Shown here: positions 18,822 through 27,941 of the stretch, piece after piece | Position numbering within the stretch: the first letter of the stretch is position 1 | How the letters are laid out: each line of letters begins with the position of its first letter | Assembly: GCA_963422645.2 (NCBI GenBank) | Contig: CAXXVO010000007.1 | Coordinates: 768,001 to 832,000, forward strand | Direction: 5' to 3' | Source: Alphaproteobacteria bacterium | GTDB taxonomy: Bacteria; Pseudomonadota; Alphaproteobacteria; UBA828 | Length of the DNA stretch: 64,000 nt | The notes under the pieces: model-generated | The model's input: the letters and a program-made list of their open reading frames with translations, nothing else | Databases searched by the model: none | What the model was told of the DNA's origin: nothing | Made by a program: the position numbers and the translations under genes

Positions 18822-18906
18822 GTAACTACCCAGGTACCCCAATCCTGAGTTGAGGACGGTGATTATGGCGGCGGCCGCGGTCTGGTTCTGCCACCGCGAT
18901 TGGTTC

Positions 18907-18935
18907 TTGACCTCATAGAGTTGCGGGACTATGGA
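18907..18935 (+). promoter_or_regulatory. Putative promoter of the MTase-transposase operon
   Basis: TTGACC-N17-TATGGA; the equivalent TTGACT-N17-TATGGG is restored in B when 10611-11638 is removed. Confidence 0.55.
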
Positions 18936-18963
18936 CTGCTCTCTCGCGTGACGGGAGCGGTCC

Positions 18964-19629
18964 ATGGGGTATTTCGGCTCGAAGGCGACAGCAGGTCTGT
19001 GCCAAGCGCTGATTGCGCTGATGCCGCCGCACTCCGTCTACATCGAAAGCCACCTTGGGGGCGGGGCGCTGATGAAGCGCAAGCCGCCGGCCGTGCGTTC
19101 GATCGGCATCGACCGCGATGCGCAGGCGCTCGAGGCCTTCGTCTGCGACTACCCGGTCGATCTGGTTCACGGCTGTGCCCATGACTTCCTGGCCTCGTTC
19201 CCGTTCCTGGGCCCGGAGCTGGTTTACAGCGATCCGCCCTATCTGCACGCGACCCGCCGCTCGGCGCAGCGCTACCGCTTCGAGTACGAGGAGGCCGGCC
19301 ACGTCGCGCTTCTCGCGCTGCTCAAGGCTCTGCCCTGCCAGGTCATGATCTCGGGCCATCCGTCGGCGCTCTATGACGAGGTGCTGGCGGGATGGCGCCG
19401 GCTGGCGCTGCAGGTCACGATCCAGGGTCTGGTGCGAACCGAGGTCGTCTGGTTCAACTACGCCCCCGACCGGATGCATTGGGCCAGCCACGCAGGCCGG
19501 AACTTCACCGACCGCCAGCGCATCAAGCGCAAGGCAGCCAACTGGGGCCGGCGCTACCAGGCCTTGCCGCCGGGCGAACGCCTCGCCGTGCTCGCCGCCA
19601 TGATGGCCGTCGAGGCCGAAGACACGTGA
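18964..19629 (+). CDS. Compact Dam/D12-class N6-adenine DNA methyltransferase (paralog of 11681-12349)
   Basis: YFGSK, YIESHLGGGA, YSDPPY. Confidence 0.85.
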   Translation: MGYFGSKATAGLCQALIALMPPHSVYIESHLGGGALMKRKPPAVRSIGIDRDAQALEAFVCDYPVDLVHGCAHDFLASFPFLGPELVYSDPPYLHATRRSAQRYRFEYEEAGHVALLALLKALPCQVMISGHPSALYDEVLAGWRRLALQVTIQGLVRTEVVWFNYAPDRMHWASHAGRNFTDRQRIKRKAANWGRRYQALPPGERLAVLAAMMAVEAEDT

Positions 19630-20923
19630 CGGTGTCGCACTGGCACGAAGACCTCGCCGCCCGTAACGAGGCCTTCTGCTGCCTGAAGGAGCTTCTCGAG
19701 CCATCATCCCTCGCAACCACTGTCGTCGTTGCCGTCCGGGAATGGGGGCAGGGGCTGCTGCGATCAGCCACCGCGCTCGCCCGGGAAAATGCCGCACTCG
19801 AGCAGGAGAACGCGGCCCTGCGCGAGCGCATCGCCGAACTCGAGCGCAGCGCGGCCCTCAACAGCACCACAAGCAGCAAGCCCCCCGCCAGCGACGGGCT
19901 CAAGAAGAAAAGCGGAGCCCAGAGGCGCACCCAAAGCCAGCGCGGAAAGTCCGGCGGGCCCAGTGGCGGCCAGCCCGGCCACAAGGGAACCACCCTCGCG
20001 CGGAGCGACAGCCCGGACCGTGTCGTCGATCACCACCCCTCCACCTGTTCCGGCTGTGGCGTCGAGCTCTCGGACGCCGACCGGCAAGGCGCGCCCGCCT
20101 GTCGGCAGGTCTTCGACGTACCCGAGCCGCAGCCTCTCGAGGTCACCGAACACCGCGCCCATCGCTGCCTCTGCGGCGCATGCGGCACGCTGACACGAGC
20201 CGCCTTCCCGCCGGGCGTCACCGCCCCGGTCCAGTACGGCCCTCGCATCACCGCTTGGGTGAGTTACCTGCTGTACGCCCAGTTCGTGCCCGAGAAGCGT
20301 CTGGCCGAACTCATGAGCGACATCTTCGCGGTGTCCATCTCCACTGCCACGATCGCCGCCATGGGCCGGCGCACAGCGCAGCGCTTCGAGGGCTTCCTCG
20401 ACCATGTCGCCGATCTGATCCGCACGCAGGCGCCGGTCAAGCACCTCGACGAGACCGGCCTGCGTATCGCCGCCCGTACCCGCTGGCTCCATGTGCTGTG
20501 CACCCCGTTGCTCACCGTCCTGCGCATCGGCGAGGGACGCGGCGATGTCGAAAAGAACCTGAAAGGCATCCTCGTCCACGACGACTTCGCCCCCTACTTC
20601 ACCATCAAGGGCGTCCGCCACGGCGCCTGCAACGCACATCACCTGCGCGAACTCCAGGCCCTGATCGACATCGAGAAGGAGGAATGGGCGGCGAGCATGC
20701 ACCGCCTGCTTCAGCGCGCGCGCAGGGCCGCCCGCTTCGCCCGTGAGAAAGACCGTCAAGTCCCCGCCTCCCTGGTGGCCCGCATCTCAAGGGCATGGGA
20801 CCGTATCCTCGAAGAAGCCATCGCCTTCCATGAGGCCCAACCGCCGCTCCAGATCGCAAAGCGAGGGCGAAAGAAACGCCGCATCGGCCACAACCTCGCG
20901 CGCCGCCTTCAAAAGCATAAGGA
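19626..20923 (+). pseudogene. IS66 transposase, C-terminally truncated
   Basis: Homologous to 12346-13887 up to RLQKHKD; NNEAER catalytic region missing. Confidence 0.88.
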
Positions 20924-21022
20924 TGAGCGTGCGCCCAGCATTTGATGGTGCGGTTTTCGGATTATTTGATGTTCGTGATGCGGCGCTTGGTTGATCTGCG
21001 AGAGCGGTGAGTGGCCTGGCTT

Positions 21023-21892
21023 TCATCGAGACCGCAGGAGCATCTCGTTCCAGTCCTTGGCGTGTCGTGGGCGCAACCTTTTCACCCTTGGATCGTTGAG
21101 CACGAGATGCTCGGCGGCAGTGTCGCCGGCGCTGTCTGCGTCGTAGGCACAGACGATGCGACGTGGCTTCCACTCCTTGATCCAGGGCGGGACCGAGCTG
21201 GCGATGCCGGCGGTTGAGGCGACGACGGCGCCGTTCTCGCGCGTCCCCTCGACGCGCAGGCTTCGTGCAGAGATGGCGTCGACGGCGCTCTCGGTGAGGA
21301 TGACGAGGGCGGGCTGGTTTCGGTCGCAGTGGAGCCAGAAGCCGCCACGCGCCTTGCGCGATCCCGGGGCCATGCCCCTGAAGCGTTTTGTTCCGGGCTG
21401 CGGCGCGGTGCCGAGGATCTCGGCGCCGGTCGTGTGCCCGCTGGCGTTTCGGCAGATGAAGACGGCGTTGATCCTGTCATCGGCGTAGAGGAGGCCTCGG
21501 CCGTGGCAGGCTTCGAGCACGTCGGTGCCGATAGCGCGTTGGCGGATGAGGGCGTCCCGGACCCTGGGCCAGGCGCGGGGACTGGGCCTTGGCAGCCGCA
21601 GGCGTCGCGGGGCGGCTGGGATGGTGGTGATCTCCCTCCGCCCCTCATGGCTTCCGAGGAAGCGGAGGGCTTCCGGGAAGCGGCATCCCGTCGCATGGAT
21701 GACGAGGTCGATGGCGCCACCCCCTCCCGTGCCGCGCAGGTGATCGAAGAACTTCTCGCCGTTGATGCTGATGACCGAGCCCCCGCGCTTGAAGCGCGCC
21801 CGGTCGGTCGGGTCTCTGCGGTAGCCGAGGGCGGCGGCGACCCGGTCGAGGGGGATGTTGCGGCAGGTGGCCAGGGGATCGCCGCCGCTCAT
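21023..21892 (-). CDS. Toprim-domain primase-like protein (DUF3991/Toprim type)
   Basis: GGGAIDLV N-terminal motif, LTESAVDAIS, AYDADSAG, KDWNE. Confidence 0.82.
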   Translation of the reverse strand: MSGGDPLATCRNIPLDRVAAALGYRRDPTDRARFKRGGSVISINGEKFFDHLRGTGGGGAIDLVIHATGCRFPEALRFLGSHEGRREITTIPAAPRRLRLPRPSPRAWPRVRDALIRQRAIGTDVLEACHGRGLLYADDRINAVFICRNASGHTTGAEILGTAPQPGTKRFRGMAPGSRKARGGFWLHCDRNQPALVILTESAVDAISARSLRVEGTRENGAVVASTAGIASSVPPWIKEWKPRRIVCAYDADSAGDTAAEHLVLNDPRVKRLRPRHAKDWNEMLLRSR

Positions 21893-21994
21893 TGCCGGGT
21901 CCCGGCGAAGGTCTGCTTGGAAGGGAGGCTGACGGCGTTCCCGTTCCTGTACCCTTCAACGCTTAAGAGTTCCGGGAACGGGAACGGGAACGCC

Positions 21995-22993
21995 TCATCC
22001 CGCACTTCCGTTGATGGCGGCAGGGGATTGCGGCTCCCGGTGCGCCTCGGCGGCTGCGAGGCGATAGCCACCCCTGGGCGCCCGTTCGATGCGCCCCTCC
22101 CTGGTGAGGCTCTCGATGGCGGCAACGACGGTGGCGTTGCGGGCAGCGGCGCGTGAGCGGATCTGGGCTTTCGAGAGCGGCTTTTCGGCCTGCTCGATCG
22201 CCTTGAAGACGCGCTGCTCGACGGTGGCGGGCTCGTGCCTGTCTTCATCTGCCGCGTCCTGGTGCAGACGGAAGGCCGGCCCATGTCCGCCGTCGACGAG
22301 TTCCAGCTCGATGTCGTTGAGGCCCCGGGCGTCGCGCTGCTCGACCGTCATGACGATCTTCTTGTCGCGCCGGCGCAGGTACAGATTTGAGTCACCCCAA
22401 GCGTGCAGCTCGCTGCTCCCGCGCAGGGCCTGCCCCGGCCGGGTGCCGCCGCTCTTGCGGGCGTGGTGGACGAGGAGGACGGCGGTTTCGAAGCGGCGCT
22501 GCAGTTCGCGCAGGAAGCCGAGGATGGGGGCGATCTCTGCGACGGCGTTCTCGTCGACGCTGTGCAGGCGGACCAGGGGATCGAGGATCAGGAGGCGCGG
22601 TTCGATGCGCTCCACGGTCTGCTGCAGGCGTTGACGGTCGCCGGGCCGGTCGAGACGCAGGGTGGGCACGTCGATGACGGCGATGTCGAGTTCGTCGAAG
22701 GGGGTGGCGGCGGCGCGGGCGATCCCCTGCAGACGCTTGCGCACCCTGTGGCCGGCGTCCTCGGCGGCGAAGAGCAGCACGGTGCCGCTTGCGCTGGGGC
22801 GGTAGTGGCGCAGGCATGGGACGCCGGTGGCCACGGCGACGGCGAGATCGAGCGCGAGCAGGGATTTGCCGCACTTGGGCTCGCCGCCGACGATGCCCAC
22901 GGCCTGCTCGGCCCACAGCGTGTCCACCATCCACTGTTGCGCCCGGGGGCGATCCTCGAGCTGCATCGGCGCCCGTGTCGGGAAGCCCTTCAC
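21995..22993 (-). CDS. RecA-fold RepA/AAA_25 helicase with C-terminal winged HTH
   Basis: GGEPKCGKS, AAED, ILDPLVRLH, VHHARK, RGSSEL; GTGA overlap with the upstream ATPase. Confidence 0.85.
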   Translation of the reverse strand: MKGFPTRAPMQLEDRPRAQQWMVDTLWAEQAVGIVGGEPKCGKSLLALDLAVAVATGVPCLRHYRPSASGTVLLFAAEDAGHRVRKRLQGIARAAATPFDELDIAVIDVPTLRLDRPGDRQRLQQTVERIEPRLLILDPLVRLHSVDENAVAEIAPILGFLRELQRRFETAVLLVHHARKSGGTRPGQALRGSSELHAWGDSNLYLRRRDKKIVMTVEQRDARGLNDIELELVDGGHGPAFRLHQDAADEDRHEPATVEQRVFKAIEQAEKPLSKAQIRSRAAARNATVVAAIESLTREGRIERAPRGGYRLAAAEAHREPQSPAAINGSAG

Positions 22994-23823
22994 CGCCGTG
23001 CCCTCTTCGGCTTGGCGGGCTCGCCCAGGATCTCCATGAAGAGCTTCTCGTCGAGAACCTCGCGGTTCTTCTCGGCGCCGGCGGCGAGCAGCATGTCGCC
23101 CATGACGGTAAGCGCCCTGGGGTTGCCGCCGGCGTGGGTGACCAGGGTGTCCTTGAGCTCTGCGCTCATGAGGCCCGGATTGCCGGCCTGCTCGACCAGA
23201 TGGTCGAGCAGGGCCGCGAGGTCGCCGGCGTCTGCCTGGGTCATGACCAGGCGCTGGCGCAGGCGCGAGGCGATGGGCTGCAAGTCGGGCTGGCGGAGCC
23301 TGTCGATCAGGCGGCTGTCGCCGGCGAAGACGACCGAGAGGATGGCGCGCGAGTCGAAGTCGGTGGACGCCAGCAGGCGGATCTCGGAGATCACCGAGGG
23401 CAGCAGCTCCTGGGCCTCGTCGATGAGCACCACGGGCCGCATGCGGGTGTCGTCGACATGGGTGAGCCATCGCTCGCGCAGGTTTTTGAAGCTGGCCCAG
23501 CGGTTGTTGTACATCAGGTCGACGCCGAACATCCCGCCGATCTCGCGGTAGAAGTCGGACAGCCTGGAAGAGGGGTGGGTGATGGCACAGACCCTGAGCC
23601 CGTCCGAGCGGCCGAGGCGGTCGGCGAGCACGCGCAACGCCACGCTCTTTCCGGTGCCGGGCTCGCCGGCGATCAACGCGAAGCCGCCCTGGCGCACAAG
23701 ATGATGCTCGATTCTGAGGCAGAAGCTGTCGACGGCGGGGCTCACCATGAGGCTGTCGACCGGAAGGTCGGTGGCGAAGGGGTTCCATTTGAGCCCGTAG
23801 AAGGTGAGCAGCTCGCGGTTCAT
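22990..23823 (-). CDS. ExeA-like AAA ATPase (transposition helper)
   Basis: YGLKWNPF, GEPGTGKS, LIDEAQ, SRL; ATGA overlap with the transposase. Confidence 0.88.
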   Translation of the reverse strand: MNRELLTFYGLKWNPFATDLPVDSLMVSPAVDSFCLRIEHHLVRQGGFALIAGEPGTGKSVALRVLADRLGRSDGLRVCAITHPSSRLSDFYREIGGMFGVDLMYNNRWASFKNLRERWLTHVDDTRMRPVVLIDEAQELLPSVISEIRLLASTDFDSRAILSVVFAGDSRLIDRLRQPDLQPIASRLRQRLVMTQADAGDLAALLDHLVEQAGNPGLMSAELKDTLVTHAGGNPRALTVMGDMLLAAGAEKNREVLDEKLFMEILGEPAKPKRARR

Positions 23824-25298
23824 GACGGATCTCCCTGATCGTCGTCCTCGCCCGGACCGGGCGTCTTGTTATGGGGTACCCAGGCCGGCGGCAGGCCTGT
23901 TGCGGCCTGGGCGTCGAGCACGCCCTTGAGCAGCGGCGGAAGTTCGCCGACGCCCGCGCTGGCGCCGCCATGGTCGCTGCCGGGTCTCGCAGGACGGCGG
24001 ACGCCATCGGCGTTGCCGCGCTTGTCGAGGGGGTACAGCGTGCACAGCCGCTCGCCGCTTCGGCCTTCCACCAGATCGACGCCGCTGAGGTCCCAGCGCG
24101 CATAGCGGACCCAGAGCGTCCTCAGGTGGCGCCACGGCTGTGGCACCTGGTAGCGGATGCCCTCGACCGAGACGGTGCCGTCCGAGCGCCTGAGCGTGCG
24201 CTTCCTGGCGATGCGGAAGGCCGCCTTGAGCTCGTCCGAGGCGGGGCAGGGCCTCGATGCCTTGACGCTCCCGGCGAGGCGTTCATGCGGCGTCATGCCG
24301 AGCTCGCGGTGCACCCGCCGATGGTAGTCCTGCTCCAGCCAGGCTATGGTGGCGTCGTTGAGCATCTTCAGGGTGAGCGCGTCGACGCCTTCGAGCTGAG
24401 CCATCAGGCGGCCCTCGACCGTGCCCCAGAACGACTCGATTTTTCCATTTTGATGGGGGCTGTAAGCGAGTGTCGTGGCCCCCACGATGCCGATGAGGCG
24501 GTGCAAGCCCTCCTCGACCTCGCCCGCCGTCATCGGCCCGCCGTTGTCGGTCAGCAGGGACCTGGGCAAGTCCCTCTTCATGAAGGCCTGACAGAGCCCG
24601 TGGACGAAGACCTCGGCGGTCTCCTCCAGGTACCACTGCAGGTGGCAGCCAAGCCTGGAGTGGTCGTCGAGGAAGCCGAGCAGGATGGGCGTCTGCCATT
24701 CGCCCGACGCCGTCAGCACGCGGCGCTTGCCGTGGTGGAAGTCCCCGTGCCACAGCGCGTGACTGCGAGACACCTCGTAGCTAAGGACCTCGCGGGCTTC
24801 GACCGCCGGCTTGTCCTCACCCTCGTGCCACTTCCTGGGGCGCTCGCGCACCAGGCCGCGATTGCGCATCGCCCGCGTCAGCGTCGCGTAGGACGGCATC
24901 GGGCCGAGCTCGGGATGGGTCGCAACATGAGCCTTGAGGGTCTCGTAGTGGAGCTGCGCCGCCCACGAGGGATGGACCCGGTACTGCTCGCGCAGCGCCG
25001 CGATCAGCCCCGCCGACATGGACCGCTCGCGGCCGACGTCGGTCCGAGGCTTCCGGCGCAGCGCCTTGACCGGGTCCTGCTCCTCTGCCCGCGCCCGGTA
25101 GTACCAGCGCTCGATCGTCGAGGCCGCAAAGCGCACCGGCCCCTTGCCCGACGGGTGCTCCCAGTCGCGCTGCGACAGACGCTCGAACTCGGCCCCCAGC
25201 TGGCCTGCAGGCGGCGGTGAAGCCAGAAGCGGCCCCACCACCGCAAAGCGCAGCCGGGCCCACTTCTCGCGCCTGGCGCCTGCGTCGTCCTTGTCCAT
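23820..25298 (-). CDS. DDE (rve) transposase with Mu-type C-terminal domain
   Basis: WHGDFHH, DDHSR, TDNGG, NGKIESFW, DGTVSVEGIRY. Confidence 0.9.
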   Translation of the reverse strand: MDKDDAGARREKWARLRFAVVGPLLASPPPAGQLGAEFERLSQRDWEHPSGKGPVRFAASTIERWYYRARAEEQDPVKALRRKPRTDVGRERSMSAGLIAALREQYRVHPSWAAQLHYETLKAHVATHPELGPMPSYATLTRAMRNRGLVRERPRKWHEGEDKPAVEAREVLSYEVSRSHALWHGDFHHGKRRVLTASGEWQTPILLGFLDDHSRLGCHLQWYLEETAEVFVHGLCQAFMKRDLPRSLLTDNGGPMTAGEVEEGLHRLIGIVGATTLAYSPHQNGKIESFWGTVEGRLMAQLEGVDALTLKMLNDATIAWLEQDYHRRVHRELGMTPHERLAGSVKASRPCPASDELKAAFRIARKRTLRRSDGTVSVEGIRYQVPQPWRHLRTLWVRYARWDLSGVDLVEGRSGERLCTLYPLDKRGNADGVRRPARPGSDHGGASAGVGELPPLLKGVLDAQAATGLPPAWVPHNKTPGPGEDDDQGDPS

Positions 25299-25347
25299 TC
25301 CGGCATCCCTCCCTCGCCGCATCGGAGAGATGCCCATGTAGAACGCC

Positions 25348-25965
25348 CTATCCGGGCGTGACAGGAACACTTTCTGCGGGCGGCGCCGAGCCATCGCCGA
25401 GCCCGCAATAGCCCGTCCACGGCTTGAACCAGATCAGGCTCAGGAACAGACGCTCACCGAAGCGTCCGCCCCGCATCTGCCGCAGCACGAAGAGCAGCGG
25501 CACCTCCTCGGGTGGCATCACCAGTTCGCCACGCTTCGCTCCCCAGGGCTCCGTCGCCGGGAACGCCTCCAGCCACCACTTCCGCCAGCGGCGCAGTGTG
25601 GCGACCGAGACCCCCCACTTCCGCTTGATCGTCTGCAACCGCACCCCGCCTCTCAGAACCAGTGCACTCAACAGAACGAACAGGGCGCCCAGATAAAAGC
25701 GGCGCCCGAAGAATCGTACCGATGGTGGGGTCGCTCGCAGGCGGCAATCCGCGCAGCAGAAGCTGAACCGCCGCGTGCCCTCTTCCCTCAACTCGGCTGC
25801 CAGACCGTACGGCTTGCGCGGATACGTCGCGCTGTGCAGCTTGCCGGGGCAGTGTCGGCAGCCCGCCTCGCGGCAGCGCGCCGCCTCGGCCTCATCGACC
25901 TCGCGCAGCCAGGCCCAGACCAGGGCGTTGCAAAGCATGGAGTGGCGGAAAATGTTGTGCGACAT
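25348..25965 (-). CDS. Zn-finger/HTH transposon accessory protein
   Basis: CRHC, CCADCR..TPPSVRF, GVSVATLRRWRKWW. Confidence 0.75.
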   Translation of the reverse strand: MSHNIFRHSMLCNALVWAWLREVDEAEAARCREAGCRHCPGKLHSATYPRKPYGLAAELREEGTRRFSFCCADCRLRATPPSVRFFGRRFYLGALFVLLSALVLRGGVRLQTIKRKWGVSVATLRRWRKWWLEAFPATEPWGAKRGELVMPPEEVPLLFVLRQMRGGRFGERLFLSLIWFKPWTGYCGLGDGSAPPAESVPVTPG

Positions 25966-26115
25966 TGGGGCCGTCTCTGGCGATTGTGACCGTCACCACG
26001 AGACAAAGCCCCCCGGCGAACTTCTTGCAAGTTCGCCGAGGGGCACCCGCCCCAAAACCTCAACAAATCCGAGCGGATCAGGCCCCGATCCCCGCTGAAA
26101 GACCGCGCGCGCTCA

Positions 26116-26589
26116 CCCGTGGCGGTCCAGGAGAAAATAGCGCAGATGCGCGCCGACCAGACGATGCAGCCCGAGATAGTGGTGGCGCGCGACGAACTCG
26201 TTCCACAGCCCGCCCTCCTCCTTGCCCGCCGCAATCGACAGGCGCAGCGGCATCAGCGCGGCCAGGTCCTCCGCGATCGCCGCGGCCGGCGCCGTCCGCT
26301 CGCTCCGGGCCATCGCCTCCTGCGGCCCCCGCACCTGCGCCTCGTCCCGCGCCGGCAGGGTCAGGATGCCCAGCCGCTCCAACTCCTCCAGCATCCGCAG
26401 GCAGACCGCGACACGGTTCCGCCCGCTCGGCGCGCGCCAGTTCAAATGCTCGCAGATCGTGTGCCCGAGCTCGTTGCGGCTGATCGCCGGAAACAGCGCC
26501 ACCGTCTCCTGGATGTCGGCAATCTGCCGGCGGGTCAGACGTCTGCCGAAAAAGGTCGTCGACTTCAGCGCGGTGATGCGGGGGTCCAT
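26116..26589 (-). pseudogene. DUF4338 (DruA-like) domain N-terminus of an IS4-type transposase, truncated
   Basis: SRNELGHTICEHLNW, WNEFVARHHYLG..G..LRY; cut by the transposon end at 26115. Confidence 0.7.
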
Positions 26590-26759
26590 GGGCCGGCTCC
26601 ACTGACAGGGGGACAGCCACAGTGTGCCAAAGCACACGCCGCCGGTCAATCCCCCTCGTGCGGGAAACGCCGAGACCGACAATCCACACAAGAAATCAAC
26701 TCGTTACGACACCACCAAAAAAACCCCGGAACAATCTTCGCGCCAAATGAATGCCATTG
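26116..26759 (-). mobile_element. Left-end remnant of an IS4-like element
   Basis: Minus-strand end CAATGGCATTCATTTGG at 26759, upstream of the truncated ORF. Confidence 0.55.
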
Positions 26760-26852
26760 GGCGCCTGCGCGGGCGCGCCGCATTAGCGGCGGGCCGCAGT
26801 CGCGGCCTGTATCGAGCCCGTCGGAGATCGGGCTCGCTCCTGCAGGTTACGG

Positions 26853-27692
26853 CTACACCGGCACCCTTCCCTCGATGAGGATGCGGAGCAGGCGGCGCGG
26901 GTGGTCGCCTTCGTGGGGCGAAGCCCTGTGCATCGTGCAGCGATTGTCCCAGACCACGATGTCGTCCGGCTGCCACGCGTGGACATGCACGAACGCCGGC
27001 TGCGTCGCGTGCGCGATCAGCGCGTCGAGCAGCGCGTCGCCCTCATCCAGCGCCAGGTCCGCGATCCGGTCGATCCGATTGGGGTTGATGTAGAGCGCCT
27101 TGCGGCCGGTCTCCGGGTGCGTGCGCACCAGCGGGTGCGTCACCGGCGGGGTGCGCGCCTCCTCCTCGGGCGTGCGTGCCGGCACCGGCGAGCGGTTGCG
27201 CCGGGACTGATAGGTGTGCACGGCCTTCAGTCCCGCGATGCGCGCCTTGATCTCGTCAGCCAGCGCCTCGTAGGCCAGGCGCATGTTGGCGAACGACGTA
27301 TCGCCGCCCTCGGGCGGCACCACCTCGCCATAGAGCAGCGTCGCAGCACACGGCACCGCCATGTACGAATCGTCGGTGTGCCAATGGCCGCCGAAGGTCG
27401 CCGCCTTGCCGGTGGCGGTGCTGATCCCCTGGCGGCGCTCGATCAGCGAAATCTCGGGGTAAGCGGTGTCCCGCAGGACGCCCATCAGCTCCCGCTGCGG
27501 CGTGCCGAAGATGCGGGCGAGGCGCAGGAACGAGTCGGGCGGCGCCTTGCCGCTACGGAGGCAGAGCATTGGGCTTGCCCGAAATGCGCGGCGCAGAGCC
27601 TCGCACTCCCCGGGCGCCGGCGACTCGAGGTCGAGGCCGGTCACCACGGCGCCCAGCCCGGCGCTGCCGGGGTCCGTCACGGCTATACCCAC
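26853..27692 (-). CDS. TauD/TfdA-family Fe(II)/2-oxoglutarate dioxygenase (start uncertain)
   Basis: WHTDDS, GGDT, HPLVRTHPETGRK, WDNRCTMHR. Confidence 0.9.
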   Translation of the reverse strand: MGIAVTDPGSAGLGAVVTGLDLESPAPGECEALRRAFRASPMLCLRSGKAPPDSFLRLARIFGTPQRELMGVLRDTAYPEISLIERRQGISTATGKAATFGGHWHTDDSYMAVPCAATLLYGEVVPPEGGDTSFANMRLAYEALADEIKARIAGLKAVHTYQSRRNRSPVPARTPEEEARTPPVTHPLVRTHPETGRKALYINPNRIDRIADLALDEGDALLDALIAHATQPAFVHVHAWQPDDIVVWDNRCTMHRASPHEGDHPRRLLRILIEGRVPV

Positions 27693-27941
27693 CGCGCGCC
27701 TCGTCCCTTCCTGCTGCCGGCTCGTGCCTCGTCCGTGCGACGCTCGCATATCGCCGCGACTCGGGCAATTGACGGCAACATTGCGCGCCTTGCCCTTGCG
27801 CTTTTGGCTCCGGGGCGAGGGAGCGCAAACGGAAAAAGGGCGTCAATTGGAGCGCGGGTTTTATCTGCCCGGCATATTCGTTGCCCGCACATGCATTTGG
27901 GCCTATGTTTCGGGCGCTTTTCTGGCCAGGAGTACGAATAC

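Larger units (their letters stand above)
18822..20923 (+). mobile_element. IS66-family element B' (diverged MTase-carrying relative of B), right part lost
   Basis: Begins GTAACTACCCAGGTACCCC like B; MTase + transposase; cut at 20924. Confidence 0.88.
20924..26115 (-). mobile_element. 5192-bp DDE/ExeA transposon with helicase and primase genes, copy 1
   Basis: TGAGCGTGCGC...GCGCGCGCTCA ends; repeated at 39700-44891 with different flanks. Confidence 0.9.

Noticed and set aside
21995-24103. 702-aa ORF as one protein (also 40771-42879)
   Set aside because: First 370 aa are an off-frame read of the ATPase and transposase genes; the helicase starts at GTG 22993
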